Part shown: positions 24,286 to 35,835 of the stretch, one piece after another | Numbering within the stretch: the first letter of the stretch is position 1 | Layout: each line of letters opens with the position of its first letter | DNA from: Selaginella moellendorffii | Taxonomy: Eukaryota > Plantae > Lycopodiophyta | Assembly (NCBI RefSeq): GCF_000143415.4 | Contig: NW_003314337.1 | Coordinates: 78,559-142,558 of the forward strand | DNA length: 64,000 nucleotides | Direction of reading: 5' to 3' | Notes under the pieces: generated by a model | Databases searched by the model: none | The model's input: the letters and a program-made list of their open reading frames with translations, nothing else | Told to the model about the DNA's origin: nothing | Position numbers and translations under genes: made by a program

Positions 24286-24449
24286 TTCAAGACATAGGTC
24301 CTCAAAATGTCCCAACAAGCATAAAACAAGGTCTTGTGTTAATGTCATGAGGGAAGACGGTGGTGGTGAAGTTGAAGGGGTTGACAAATTGGTCAATGCA
24401 GACTATCATGAAGAGGAGGTGAGTTACTTTCATTGCTTTCCCCAAGTTG

Positions 24450-26745
24450 TTCTCATAGTCAATGCAAACACTGATCCATTGATGTATCTGGTAGACTTTG
24501 TCCGTAGACACTGAATTTGAGTAATGATTGACATAGGAGCTATGCACAATGTGATATTCAAAGACTTAGTTAAGTTGTTAGGATTGAATGTAGAGTAGAT
24601 ATTGCCCATACACTTCCGGTTTGTGGAAGTAGCCAAAAAATGTGAGTGATGTTCCAATAAAAATATCTAAGTGGCAAGAAAGAGTGGACTTGGTAGTGCT
24701 AAAGATACTAGATTTTCATATGGTGTTTGGTATGGATTTCTTAACAAATATATTAAAGGGATTTATGGTGCTAGACAAAGTTGCATCATATTGAAGTTAG
24801 AAGGATGTCTTGATGTGTCCTTCTAGTTGCAAAAGTACTCCTCAAAGGATTGGGATGCTAAGTTTCTAATTGCAAGAGCTACTCAAAAAGCAGATAAGAA
24901 GGGATGTTGGACCTTTTGGGTTCAAGTGATGGAATTTGAAAGTGATGGTGACTCAATTCAAATTTGTGATGAGGTTGATTCTATACCAAAGAAGATATTG
25001 AGGTTGTGGCGAGGAATCAAGATATCTTTCTGAAGGATTTACCACTAGGGCTACCTCTTAGCCATGAGGTTGATCATTGGATTGAGGTCATTCTGGGTTC
25101 TAAACCACCTATGAAAGCTCTATATCATTTAAACATCAAGGAGATGGCTGAATTTAAGAAGCAAATTGTGGAGCTTCTTGTTCTTTTTTGTTATGAAAAA
25201 GGATGGAACCATGAGGATGTGTATCAACTATCAAGCACTCAATAAAATCACGGTAAAAATTAGTTATCCTTTGCCTCGCATTAATGACTTGTTTGACCAA
25301 CTCTTAAAGGCTAAGTATTTTATGCAACTTGATTTGCAGTCTGGGTATTATCAGATACAGGTGGCAGATCAGGATGTGGAGAAGGGAACCTTTAAGACTC
25401 GGTATGGATCTTATGAGTTCCTTGTCATGCCATTTGGGTTATGCAATGCTTTGGCAACATTCAGCACTATGATGGATAGAATATTTGGAGATTATTTGGA
25501 CACATTTGTTGTCCTATATATTGATGATGTTCTAGTCTTCAATGAAATGTTGGAGGATCATTTAAAACATTTCGAGCTGGTGTTTCATAAGTTGCGCAAA
25601 CATAAACTATATGCTAAAGAAAGTAAATATGCTTTTGGACAATTGCACGTAAACTTTTTCAGACATATAGTTGGTGGTGGCATAATTGAGGTGGATCCAA
25701 AGAAGGTGGAAGTGGTGAAGTTCTAGAAAGTCCCGACCACTGTATCAAATATTCCTTTCTCAGTTTAGCAAGATATAATCGCAAGTTTGTCTACAATTTT
25801 GCAAGAATTGCTCTTCCATTGACTGAGTTGACAGAGAGTAGTATACTATTTTATTGGACACTAGTTTGTCAGCATGCTTTTGTATGGTTGAAGGAGATCT
25901 TCACTACGGTTCTTGTTCTCAAGATTCTAGATCTTGATAAACATTTGAAGTGCATTATGATGCATTTGGCTATGCTTTTGGTACTGTGTTGTAGCAAGAT
26001 TGTGATAAAGAGATTGGTGTTATGCTAAGGCAACATGGTTGTCCCATTGCGTTATATTCCAAAAAATTGTATGAAACCTAACGAAGATGGCCAACACACG
26101 AGAAAAAGATATTTGCTATAGTGTCGGCATTGGAACACATGAGACACTATTTGGTTGGACATACTAAGGTTTATATGGATAGTAACACACTAAGCTACTT
26201 TGCTACATAGCCAAAGCTTACGCGAAAATAAGCCTGTTGGCAAGAGAAGCTTGCTAAATATGATATTAAAATCATATATAAACTTGGTAAAGACAATATT
26301 GATCTGCAGCAGTTGTTTCTGGGGAATATCATGATGTTCTGGTAACGGGACATGGTGGAAAGTGCAAGACTCTTGCTTTATTGAAAAAGGGATTTTTCTA
26401 GTCCAATATAGACGGTGATGTAGTGGCTTATGTTTGTTCCTGCCCTATATGCTAGCAATGTAAGCGTAGAACTAAGAAGCAGGCTAGAAAGTTGCAGTGC
26501 ATTCAAGAACCAGTATGGCTATTTCAGAGTATGATACTTGATTTTGTCACTTGCTTGCCAAAGCCTAAGGGTTAGGATATTGGTGGTTGTGGATGGTAGT
26601 TGTGGATCGGTTGTTGAAGATTGCACACTTCATTCCAATTGTAAAAATATTGAATGCGAAGCAAGTAGCAAAGCTCTTTTTCCATGAAGTAGTGTGGGTT
26701 CGTGGTCTTCTTGAAGAGATGATCTCAGATAAAGATTCAAAATTG
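24450..26745 (+). pseudogene. pol (PR-RT-RH-IN) of element C, decayed
   Basis: ORF 25166-25726 contains [29 protein letters not shown] and YIDDVLV. RNase H and integrase fragments follow with stops. Confidence 0.9.
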
Positions 26746-26749
26746 TAGT

Positions 26750-26990
26750 TGTCGTGAATATGACTTTGGGTATCGAAAGTTACCTGTCGGCTAGTCCTTA
26801 TAGACACTCTTTCCTTACTACCACGATGGCAAGAGGTCGGTATTGCTAGACCCTTTATCAACCCCTCTTGTTCAAGTGTTAGTAAACTAAACTTTGCACC
26901 TGTACTTGGCTAGATGAGCATAAAAATGGAATTCTTAAGTGTCTATTTAGCTAAGCATACTTGGCCTGGCTTAATAAGAGTTGTTAGTCA
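26750..26990 (+). repeat. Fragment of LTR family D
   Basis: tgtcgtgaatatgactttgggtatcgaaagttacc matches the reverse complement of ~29490-29723. Confidence 0.7.
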
Positions 26991-27652
26991 ATAGTCAATG
27001 AGGACATTGACATCTCTGATAAGGGGGTGAGTGTAGCGCATGTGATCATGGGATGAGATTTGGATATACTATTACTGTGAGTCCTTGGAACCTTGGGGGA
27101 TAAATGGGGATAAAATAACCACTAAGGGCTCTCTCATCAAGCAATTGCCCCTTTTCCAGTTGGCCTAAGGGGAGAGAGATAGGGTGCACTATAGTAGCAC
27201 ACCTAAATTTGGAGCTAAACTACAATCCTGTTGCACTACAAAATGAGATTTTGGTAATCCCATGAGCACCAGCTCTCCATATCCAGCACCCACACGCAAA
27301 ATGGTGTCAAACGGTGTCTGGCACAATTTTGGCATACCGTGGCCTAACGCGAGGAGGGTACTCCACCGACTAGAGCAGTGTGGAGTTTGGGCTTAGGCCC
27401 AAGCCAGACGCAGAACAAGGAGCGACATAGCCCAACTATACATTTGGAACCCCCCACAGATCCCCCCCCCCCCCCCCCCCCAAAAAATATTAATACCTAT
27501 TCGAGATAAAAATGGAAATAAGGACATTTTTACCCTACTGAGCCGATCATGTTCTCGGGGGGGGGGGGCTATATTAATAGTGCTATAGAACTACGAAGTA
27601 GTGATAATGAGAATGGAATGGGGCCATCACTCCCATACTGGTTAGGAGGAAA

Positions 27653-27752
27653 NNNNNNNNNNNNNNNNNNNNNNNNNNNNNNNNNNNNNNNNNNNNNNNN
27701 NNNNNNNNNNNNNNNNNNNNNNNNNNNNNNNNNNNNNNNNNNNNNNNNNNNN
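27653..27752. other. Assembly gap (100 N)
   Basis: Run of n. Confidence 1.
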
Positions 27753-27809
27753 TAAGGAAAACACACTTTGGGCTTTCACCGCAAGCCTCCCTTAGTACCA
27801 GAAGTTAGT

Positions 27810-29219
27810 TGTGAGACATAAATCCCTAAGCCCCAAAGTGGAGCCAAAAGTGTGCCACATGGTAGTAGCCGAAGTGAAAGCTAAACGAGCGTAACATGTT
27901 TGCACTAAAAGCTCCGACTTGATGGAGTTCGAGATGGAACCAAGATGGAGTTCGAGATGGACCGAGATGGAGTCTGAGATGGACCCGAGATGGAATCCGA
28001 AATGGAGTTTGAGATGGACCAAGATGGAGTCCGACATGGACCTGAGATGGAGTCCAAGTCGGACCCGAGATGGACCCGAGTCAGACCTGAGATGGACCCG
28101 AGATGGAGTCTGAGATGGACCCAAGATGGAGTCCGAGATGGACCCGAGATGGAATCTGAGATGGAGTCTGAGAAGGACCTGAGACGGAGTCCAAAGTTGA
28201 GACCAAGACCAAGGACAAGGCTGAGACCGAGCCCAAGCCTGAGTCTGAATCCGAGTCCGAGTCTGAGTCTGAGTCTGAGTCTGAGAGGGTGAAAGCCCAA
28301 AAGCGTTCGTCTCCCAGACCCTGGGGGGTTTGGTTAGCTCCAAAAGTATAGTAGGGGGAGGACTTCACTGGAGCTAGTTTGGCTAGGAAAGGCCAGTTTG
28401 GCCTAGGAAGGCTGTACCCAGATGTTGGATGATGAAGTATTCAATAGCCGGCTCTAGTTTCCCCGAGAGATCGAATGGCCGATGCTCCCAATCCAAGTGT
28501 GGGTGGCACTACCTACTTGGATACCTAGCATGGCTCAACAGAACCTCACTCTAAGCCCAAGGCTAGAGCACCTAAAGGCGAAAGGTGGGGAGAGTACCCA
28601 TGGGGCTCGCATAGGGCCACGGTATTCCGAAATGTTATCTTAAAGTCCCAAACTGGGGAAAGGAGGAGGAGCAATCCTCTAGTGTAGTGACTAAGGATAT
28701 GGTCACATAGTGAGGAAGTCCCAGAGAACAATGGGACTTAGTGGCCGGACTTGCGGGCCTTAATCTAGTGGCAATGTTGGTGAACATGGCAATGGATAGA
28801 AAAGGGACTTGGTAGAAACTAACAAAGGGATATTGGGGAAGGCTATTCCACATGTCTGTGGGCATCCTAAGGATGCTAAAGGAGTGGATCTGGGATGACC
28901 ACTCGTGGATGGATGGCCCAGTCTTGGAGAGATGGGACTGTGATGCAAGTGGTATTGGACCACCAGTGTGGGAAAAGTGAGGCATGGCCTTAATGTAATT
29001 GGCTGATATGTTAGTGGTACCTTTGGGTGTCAGTCATGGGACCAGATACGTGAAGCACTTGGACCAAGTGCAACGGTTGAATGGCACGGATGTCATTTTT
29101 GGGGCTAGCAAGTCCTTAAGTCTGGAATAAGACTTATGGAGGTTGTGAGTGAGACTCCTCTAAGTGGTCAGAGGTGTGGTTTGGTGACTAAAGTAGAATG
29201 GAAAATTTAATTACTTACA
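27810..29219 (+). repeat. LTR-A copy (1410 bp, internal deletions)
   Basis: TGTGAGACAT...TTACTTACA termini. Flanks TTAGT/ACAGG do not form a TSD. Confidence 0.88.
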
Positions 29220-29412
29220 ACAGGCTCGAAACTTACTAAATATGGAATATCCCTAGATTGCGATTTGGACACGGGACGAACACCATTGTGTTGAGGCCAA
29301 TTTCTACATTCCGTAGATATGACAAATAAGCAATTCTAAACACTTTCCATAAATCACATTTTTGACTAAAATGAGACTAATACAAAAGGTATGATAGCGA
29401 GGGTGTTTGGTA

Positions 29413-30101
29413 GACACGGAAAGCTATCATATAACGATATTAAGGGACTAGACTTAATATCGAGCAACACTAGCAAGTGCAAGTTAGCAAATGAGTTTCT
29501 CTAACCAGGTCAAGTATGCTTGACTAAATAGACACTTAGGAATTCCTTCCTTATGTTCATCTGGTCAAGTGCACATGCGAAGACCAGTTTCTCAACTAGC
29601 TTAGGCGGAGACTGATAACGGGTCCAGCAATACTGACCTTCTGCCGTCGTGGCAGTAAGGAAAGAGTGTCTATAAGGATTGGCCGACAGGTAACTTTCAA
29701 TACCTGAAGTCACATTTGCGACACTCTCCTCCCCTAGGGAAGATCGACGTCCTCATCGACACGGAAAGCTATCATATAACGATATTGAGGGACTAGACTT
29801 AATATCGAGCAACACTAGCAAGTGCAAGTCAACGAATGAGTTTCTCTAACCAGGTCAAGTATGCTTGACAAATAGCATATAGGAATTCCGTCCTTGTGCT
29901 CATCTAGTCAAGTGCACACGCAATGACCAGTTTCTCAATTAGCTTCGGTGGGGATCATAAAAGGGACTAGCAATACCAACCTCCTACCATCATGGCAGTA
30001 AGGAAAGAGTGTCCGTAAGGATGGGCCGACAAGTATCTTTCAATACCCAAAGTCACATTTGCGACACTCTCCCCCCCTTGGGGAAGATCGACATCCTCAT
30101 C
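29413..30101 (-). repeat. Two tandem 345-bp units, each a PPT plus the 5' part of an LTR (family D)
   Basis: gacacggaaagctatc at 29413 and 29758. Each unit ends with gtcacatttgcgaca followed by ctctcc(c/t)cccc, which on the minus strand reads PPT then TGTCGC. Confidence 0.85.
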
Positions 30102-30276
30102 GATGCATACCCGAGTCTAGCAAACCATCATAGAAACAACTCCAAAAGTTAACAGAAAGCACATTATGTGGGAAACACACGGACTTAAAAGAGTTATGGA
30201 ATGACCTCTCCTCTATGTCCAAAGACATTAAAACTCAGACACCCTCCGGCTATCACCGACAAGAAAATGACTAATG

Positions 30277-33200
30277 TGTAAGCGACTAAATTTTCCATTC
30301 TACTTTAGTCACTTAACCACACCTCCGACCACTTGGAGGAGTCTCATTCACAACCTCCATCAGTCCAATTCAGGACTTGGGACTTGCTAGCCCCAAGAAT
30401 GGCATCCATGCCACTCAACACTTGCACCTGGTCCAAGTGCTCCACGTGTCTGGTCCCAAGACCGACACCCAAAGGTACCACTGACATCTCGGCCCATTAC
30501 GCTAATGCCATGCCCATTCACCTTTGCTGCACTAGTGGTCCAATACCACTTGCATCACCATCCCGTCTCTCCAAGACTGGGCCATCTGTCCACGAGTGGT
30601 CATCCTAGATCCACTCCTTAGCATCCTTGGGATGCCCACAGACCTGGGGAATCGCCTTCCCCAAAGTCCCTTTGTCAGTTCCTACCAAGTCCCTTTCTGC
30701 CCCTGGCCGTGTTTGCCAACACTGCCACTGGATCGAGGCCCACAGGCCCGACCACTAAGTCCCATGGTCCTCTGGGACTTCCTCACCACACAACTGTGTC
30801 CTTGGTCACTACCCCAGAGGACTGCTCCTCTTCCTTTCCACAGTCTAGGCCTTTGGGACAACATTTCGGAACACCGTGGCCTTACGCGAGCCACCTGGGT
30901 ACTCTCCCCGCCTTTCGCCTTTAGGTGCTCTAGCCATGGGCTTAGAGCGAGGTTCCGTTGAGCCACGCCTGGTATCCAAGTAGGTAGTGCCACCCACACT
31001 TGGATTGGGAGCATCGGCCAGTCGATCTCCCGGGGAAACTAGAGCCGGCTCTTGAACACTTCACCAAGCTACCCCACTTGTCGGTCCGTATTCACTCTAG
31101 TCTTGGACTTCCCAGTGGTCAGTTCATCACCCAACACTGGGTCTGGCCTTCCTGGGCCAAACTGGCCTTTCTTGGCCAAACTGGCTCCACTGCAGTCCTC
31201 CCCCTTACTATACTTTTGGAGCTCACCAAACCCCCCAGGGTCTGGGAGACGAACGCTTTGGGCTTTCACCCTCTCAGACTCGAACTCGGACTCGGACTCG
31301 GACTCGGACTCAGACTCGGACTCAGACTCAGACTTGGGCTCGAGCTCGGTCTCAGCCTTGGCCTCGGTCTCGGTCTCGATCCCGGTCTTGGTCCCGGTCC
31401 CGGTCTCGGTCCCGGTCTCGGTCCCGGTCTCGATCTCGACCTCGGACTCCATCTCGGGTCCTTCTCGGACTCCATCTTGGACTCCATCTCGGTCCATCTC
31501 GGACTCCATCTCGGACTCCGTCTCAGTCCATCTCGGACTCCATCTCGGGTCCATCTCGGGTCCATCTCGAACTCCGTCTCGGTCCACCTCGGACTCCATC
31601 TCGGGTCCATCTCGGACTCCATCTCGGGTCCATCTCGGACTCCATCTCGGACTCCATCTCGGGTCCATCTCGGACTCTGTCTCGGTCCACCTCGGACTCC
31701 ATCTCGGACTCCATCTCGGGTCCATCTCAGACTCCATATCGGACTCCATCTCGGACTCCACTTCGGACTCCATATCGGACTCCACTTCGGGTCCATCTCG
31801 GACTCCAACTAGGGTCCGTCTCGGACTCCATCTCAGACACTTCCACGTGTCATATGTTGGTCCTTTTTGGGTCCCCTTTTGGAGCCTCGCTTATTGCTCA
31901 CTTCGTGCTTGTTCCTCGAGCACTTTGTTGGGAGTTCCACTCCCACTCTCGACCTTTCAAGTCGGAGCTTTTAGTCCAAACGTGTTACGCTCGTTTGGCT
32001 TTCACTTCGGCCACTACCACGTGGCACCATTTCCAGCTCCACTTTGGGGCCTAGGGATTTTGTGTCTCACAACTCCACCACCCATAGACGAAGTTCGATG
32101 TCCTCATCGAACGGTAAACCATTTTATAAAGTAACACCCGCATGTGTTACCATTTCCATCCTTGGCATTTAGCCAATATTTATCAATGGTTTGACATTGA
32201 AGGCTCACCATGCCTTCTCCATATTCGTCAATGGTTTGACACCAAAGGCTCGCCATGCCTTGCCCATCCTCTAAGGAGGATAGTCTCTCCAACTTAGCGA
32301 CTCACTTGACCACCTGGGGTGGGTTGCTCCTTTTTATTGGTTCAGTCCTCGCTAAACCCGTTAGAGACATCCTCTCTAACTCAATTCCACTACTCATTCT
32401 TGAGTAGTCACAGATTCCATCGATCTACCTTTGCACTTTGGAACGTTTACTTTTGACTTCTTGAAGTCAATTTCCTAGGTGTCTCTGACACCTTGCCTTG
32501 CACATTTTGTGCAACTCCACTTCCCCTCCTAGGAAGTTCTCTACTCGAGGGCACCCTCATCCTCTTTTCTATTTTTGTGCCACCATTGGCATTACGTTCC
32601 ATTTATCATTATTTGTGCTAGGGCTATCCACGGCCCTATCTTTTGGCTCCTTAGTTGCTCCCTCACTTGGAGCCTTTCCTTTGCCAAACCCAATCTCCGT
32701 ATATGCATCTACGGACGGCATCACCCAGGATGCCTGGCGTGACTCCCCATGCCGGTGCACCAATTTATACTCAAAGCGCGCTATAGATCACTACTTAGGA
32801 ACCTAGTTCCTCCACACTGCCAAGTCCTCTCACTTGACAAGTCTGTGATCATGCATAGACTCATCCATGCTTGGCCCCATGGCCCACCCTTTTTGAAGTT
32901 ATCACCTTCAACTAGGGTATTTGTTCCCCTGACTTGCCAATCTCACTTTGGCAAGTCCTCCGACCACTGTAACATGGTTCCTGCACAAGCGTGAAAGCCC
33001 TTGATCATCGACTTTCGTTCAAAGCCCTCTCTTTGAACACTCACGAACTACTTCCCTAACCTTGATAGCCTTGCCTCATGGCAAGCTTCAAGACCACGCT
33101 TCTGCTGCGCCACTCTGGTTTCGAGCATTCTTTGAACCATTTACGCTTGGCCTTTCTAGGTACTAAGCTACCTAGAATCATCTTTGGGAACCTTGAAGGA

Positions 33201-34660
33201 ACTCTGTCCCTTAGCTTGCTAAGGCCTCCCTTTTGGCAAGCTTTCCAATTACCATATAGTCTAACATGGACAATTCCATATTTTAGACTCTCCATGGCAT
33301 CACGGTTGCTAGCAACAACACCCTCGAGCCCCCATTTGATTCTCCACTCCCAGCTGGCATAACCAACCTTGGTTATGCCCTTCGATTCCTATGGTTTGGT
33401 TCTACCCCCATACTTCTTGCTTTTGGCCTCACACCTTTCCTTTGGTCATTCTCCTCCAGACCAAAAGGATAGCTTTGCACTTTCTATCATGCCTTAGCAA
33501 GTATTCTTAGGGATGAACCTACCCAATAGCCTAGGGAGTGGTTCCTCAATCCAGGTATGCTCACCCTATAATCCCACACACCGAGATTACGTTGTTGCTT
33601 ATGGGCCTTTACATGCCCATCGCTAGCCTTGCCAAAATTCCATTTTTGGCTTTGTCCAATTCGAGTAGACTGTCTTCTCCTGTCTCCACCACCTTAGACA
33701 TTTGGATAGCACCTTCTATCCATCATTCGCTAGGGACTTAGTCCCTTGGGCCTTATCTATTGCCCTCGCAACATCAAACACCACCTCCTAGTGTTCTAGA
33801 GTGTTCAGGTGTCCCAATGACGACTTCCTTGACAATGAGTATTTCCTTTCATGACATTGACTTACTATATCGCAACATAAGCAATTTATCCCCCGTAAGG
33901 GTATATCCAATTTCCTTATGCCATCAAGAAGGCTTGGGTAGCTACCTTCTACCCGTTTAACCAATTATTTTGCACCTCTTGCTTAGTTGCCTCATAGTTG
34001 TCAAGTCCTACAACTCATTGCTGGTGCTTCCACACCTCCATCATTATTTGGGTCACCACACTCCAACTGTATGCTCTGCAGCTTAGGCTATGCCATTCCC
34101 ATTTCCATTGGGATTCCTTTGGCAAGAGGTTCTCATGAACCCACCAACATAGCCTCAAGGTATCACACCTTGGCACATTTGGTGTCTCCACACCATTGGC
34201 TCCACGAGCCTACCTCTATGACACTTCTTCTTTGTGTCTAAGTCTTTGCCAAGACCAATACCACTCTTTCTCATGCCAACCATCCGTTAGCACTGCACCA
34301 TAGAGGTCACACACAACTTTGTTTCAAAGTTGTTTTCTTTTTGGGAACACCCTTCCCACGACTTTAGCATGGCACATTTTGCCATCGATAAGATACCCTC
34401 TGTTCTCATCCTTGGATCCTATGATCCCCCCCATCCTTCGTGGGGTACCACACACTTCAGTCCAAATGCTTCCATCAGTCCTTTAGGACCATTCCTTGAC
34501 TCTACTTGAGTCATCCAGCAGTTTTGGACTTGGTTAATCCACAGACCCGTAAGGTCCTACTTGTTAGGCACTAGCTCACTGGAATACACTTCTTGCATTC
34601 ATATCCTCACTCACAAGGACTATTTTCACAAGTGTTACTCTGACACTTGATTTTGTTCTC
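30277..34660 (-). mobile_element. Family-A element: 3' LTR 30277-32071, PPT 32072-32083, non-coding or decayed internal region
   Basis: TGTAAGCGAC...GTCTCACA termini followed by ACTCCACCACCC. The internal part is homologous to 4720-6334. Confidence 0.82.
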
Positions 34661-35254
34661 TGGGGCAACTTTTGCCCCTTAGGACTACTTGTCCATGTGA
34701 TGAGAATACCAACTCATCTCTAAGTACACCCCCCAACTCCTTGGGTTGTTCCAGCATTTATTAAAGGTAGCCCCGACTACCATTTCATGGAAAGATCACT
34801 CGCACAAAGACGAGATCACCTACTTTATATTCCTGGAATTGGCAATGCTCATTAGCAAACTTCTCCGCTTTATCCTGAGCTACTTGCAAATTCCATTTGC
34901 ACACCACTAGAATCTCATCAAGTTCTATGGCCAGATCAGTTGCCTCGGAATCAAGCTTATCTTGAACGTCTTTACTCAAATGCAATCCCAACTCCACTGC
35001 TGTTCGAGGATGCCTATTTAGTTTGGTTCCACTGTGTTAGCTATTGTTGTAAGCAAATTGCGCCAACAGAAGATATAGATCCCACTATCCTTGCCTTTGA
35101 CCAATGCTACAATGTAGCATATCCTCCACTAGCTTATTCCCGCTCGGTTTGCCCATCTGTCTAAGGATGATCTCCACTCGAGAGTTTCAAAGTCACTTGC
35201 ATAGCCTTTGCAAAGCCTTTCCAAAATCTATTGGTGAACTTTGAATCTCGATCA

Positions 35255-35835
35255 TGTAAGCAAGTAAAGGGAACGACTTGAGAAACGATCCATGGGGTTC
35301 AAATATAAAGGGAGAGAGCCCATGAACAAAAGTGCAGCCCCTTTTCCAGTCAGTTAAGGGTCTTGGGATATTTGGGGTTAAGTGTCCTTGGGTTTGAATA
35401 GTATTGGGCTGTGTGACCTCCCAGGAAGTCCAAACTCAAGAGCTTACATTTGGTATCAGAGAGGTCTTAGGTCTGACTAGGCTAGGGGAATCACAGCACA
35501 CGTTGATTGACATTTGGTTAGTCCAGTTTACTCCCACTGGGCTCAACCCAAGGGGTAGGGTGTCAAGAGAGCGAGGCTCTCGGGAGAGCTGTGGCTCTCA
35601 GCTTCCATTCGCGAGGGCATGAACTTGCAGGGAAGCGTGATGGATTGTAAGCAACCAAAGGGAATGACTTGAGAAACGATCTATAGAGTTCAAATATAGA
35701 GGGAAAGGGACTATGAACAAGAGTGTACCCCCTTTTCCAATCGGTTAAAGGTCTTGGGATATTTAGGGTTAAGCGTCCTTGGGTTTAAATACTACTAAGC
35801 TGGGTGACCTTTTGGGAAGTCCAAACTGAACTACA
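35255..35835 (+). mobile_element. Cassandra-type TRIM with 5S-rRNA-derived boxes in both LTRs
   Basis: LTRs 35255-35448 and 35646-35835 (TG..CA), PBS TGGTATCAGAG 35451-35461 and perfect TSD GATCA. GTTAAGCGTCCTTGGG..TACTA..TGGGTGACC..TGGGAAGTCC (35768-35822) mirrors the plant 5S rRNA A/C-box region. Confidence 0.9.

Larger units (their letters stand above)
12367..24286. mobile_element. 11.9 kb TIR DNA transposon (Sola1/DUF7869-like DDD transposase) carrying large cargo genes
   Basis: Perfect 22-bp TIR GCTCTATTTCGTTAAAGTGGGA (12368-12389 and 24264-24285) and flanking direct repeat TCAAGA (12361-12366 and 24287-24292). Excision restores the host Gag knuckle C-F-H-(Y)-G-E-S-R-H-R-S-S-K-C-P. Confidence 0.92.
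10966..27190 (+). mobile_element. Decayed Ty3/Gypsy element C, host of the 11.9 kb DNA transposon
   Basis: LTR end ...GTGTGCTACA at 11055 and PBS TGGTATCAGAG at 11058-11068. Decayed gag with CCHC knuckle split at 12366/24293, protease-like MIDIGAMHN ~24520, RT (YIDD), RNase H and integrase to ~26745. PPT AAGGGGGTGAG 27021-27031 is followed by TGTAGC. Confidence 0.8.

Noticed and set aside
27549-27766. ORFs spanning the N run
   Set aside because: Artefact of the assembly gap.
31000-32134. Long overlapping ORFs (MESEMD.., SISDSISG.., RPRPRP..) here and in the other LTR copies
   Set aside because: They are by-products of stop-poor hexamer and dodecamer repeats inside LTRs, open in several frames on both strands.
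35768-35822. Functional 5S rRNA gene
   Set aside because: Only ~55 bp of the internal control region is present, embedded in TRIM LTRs.
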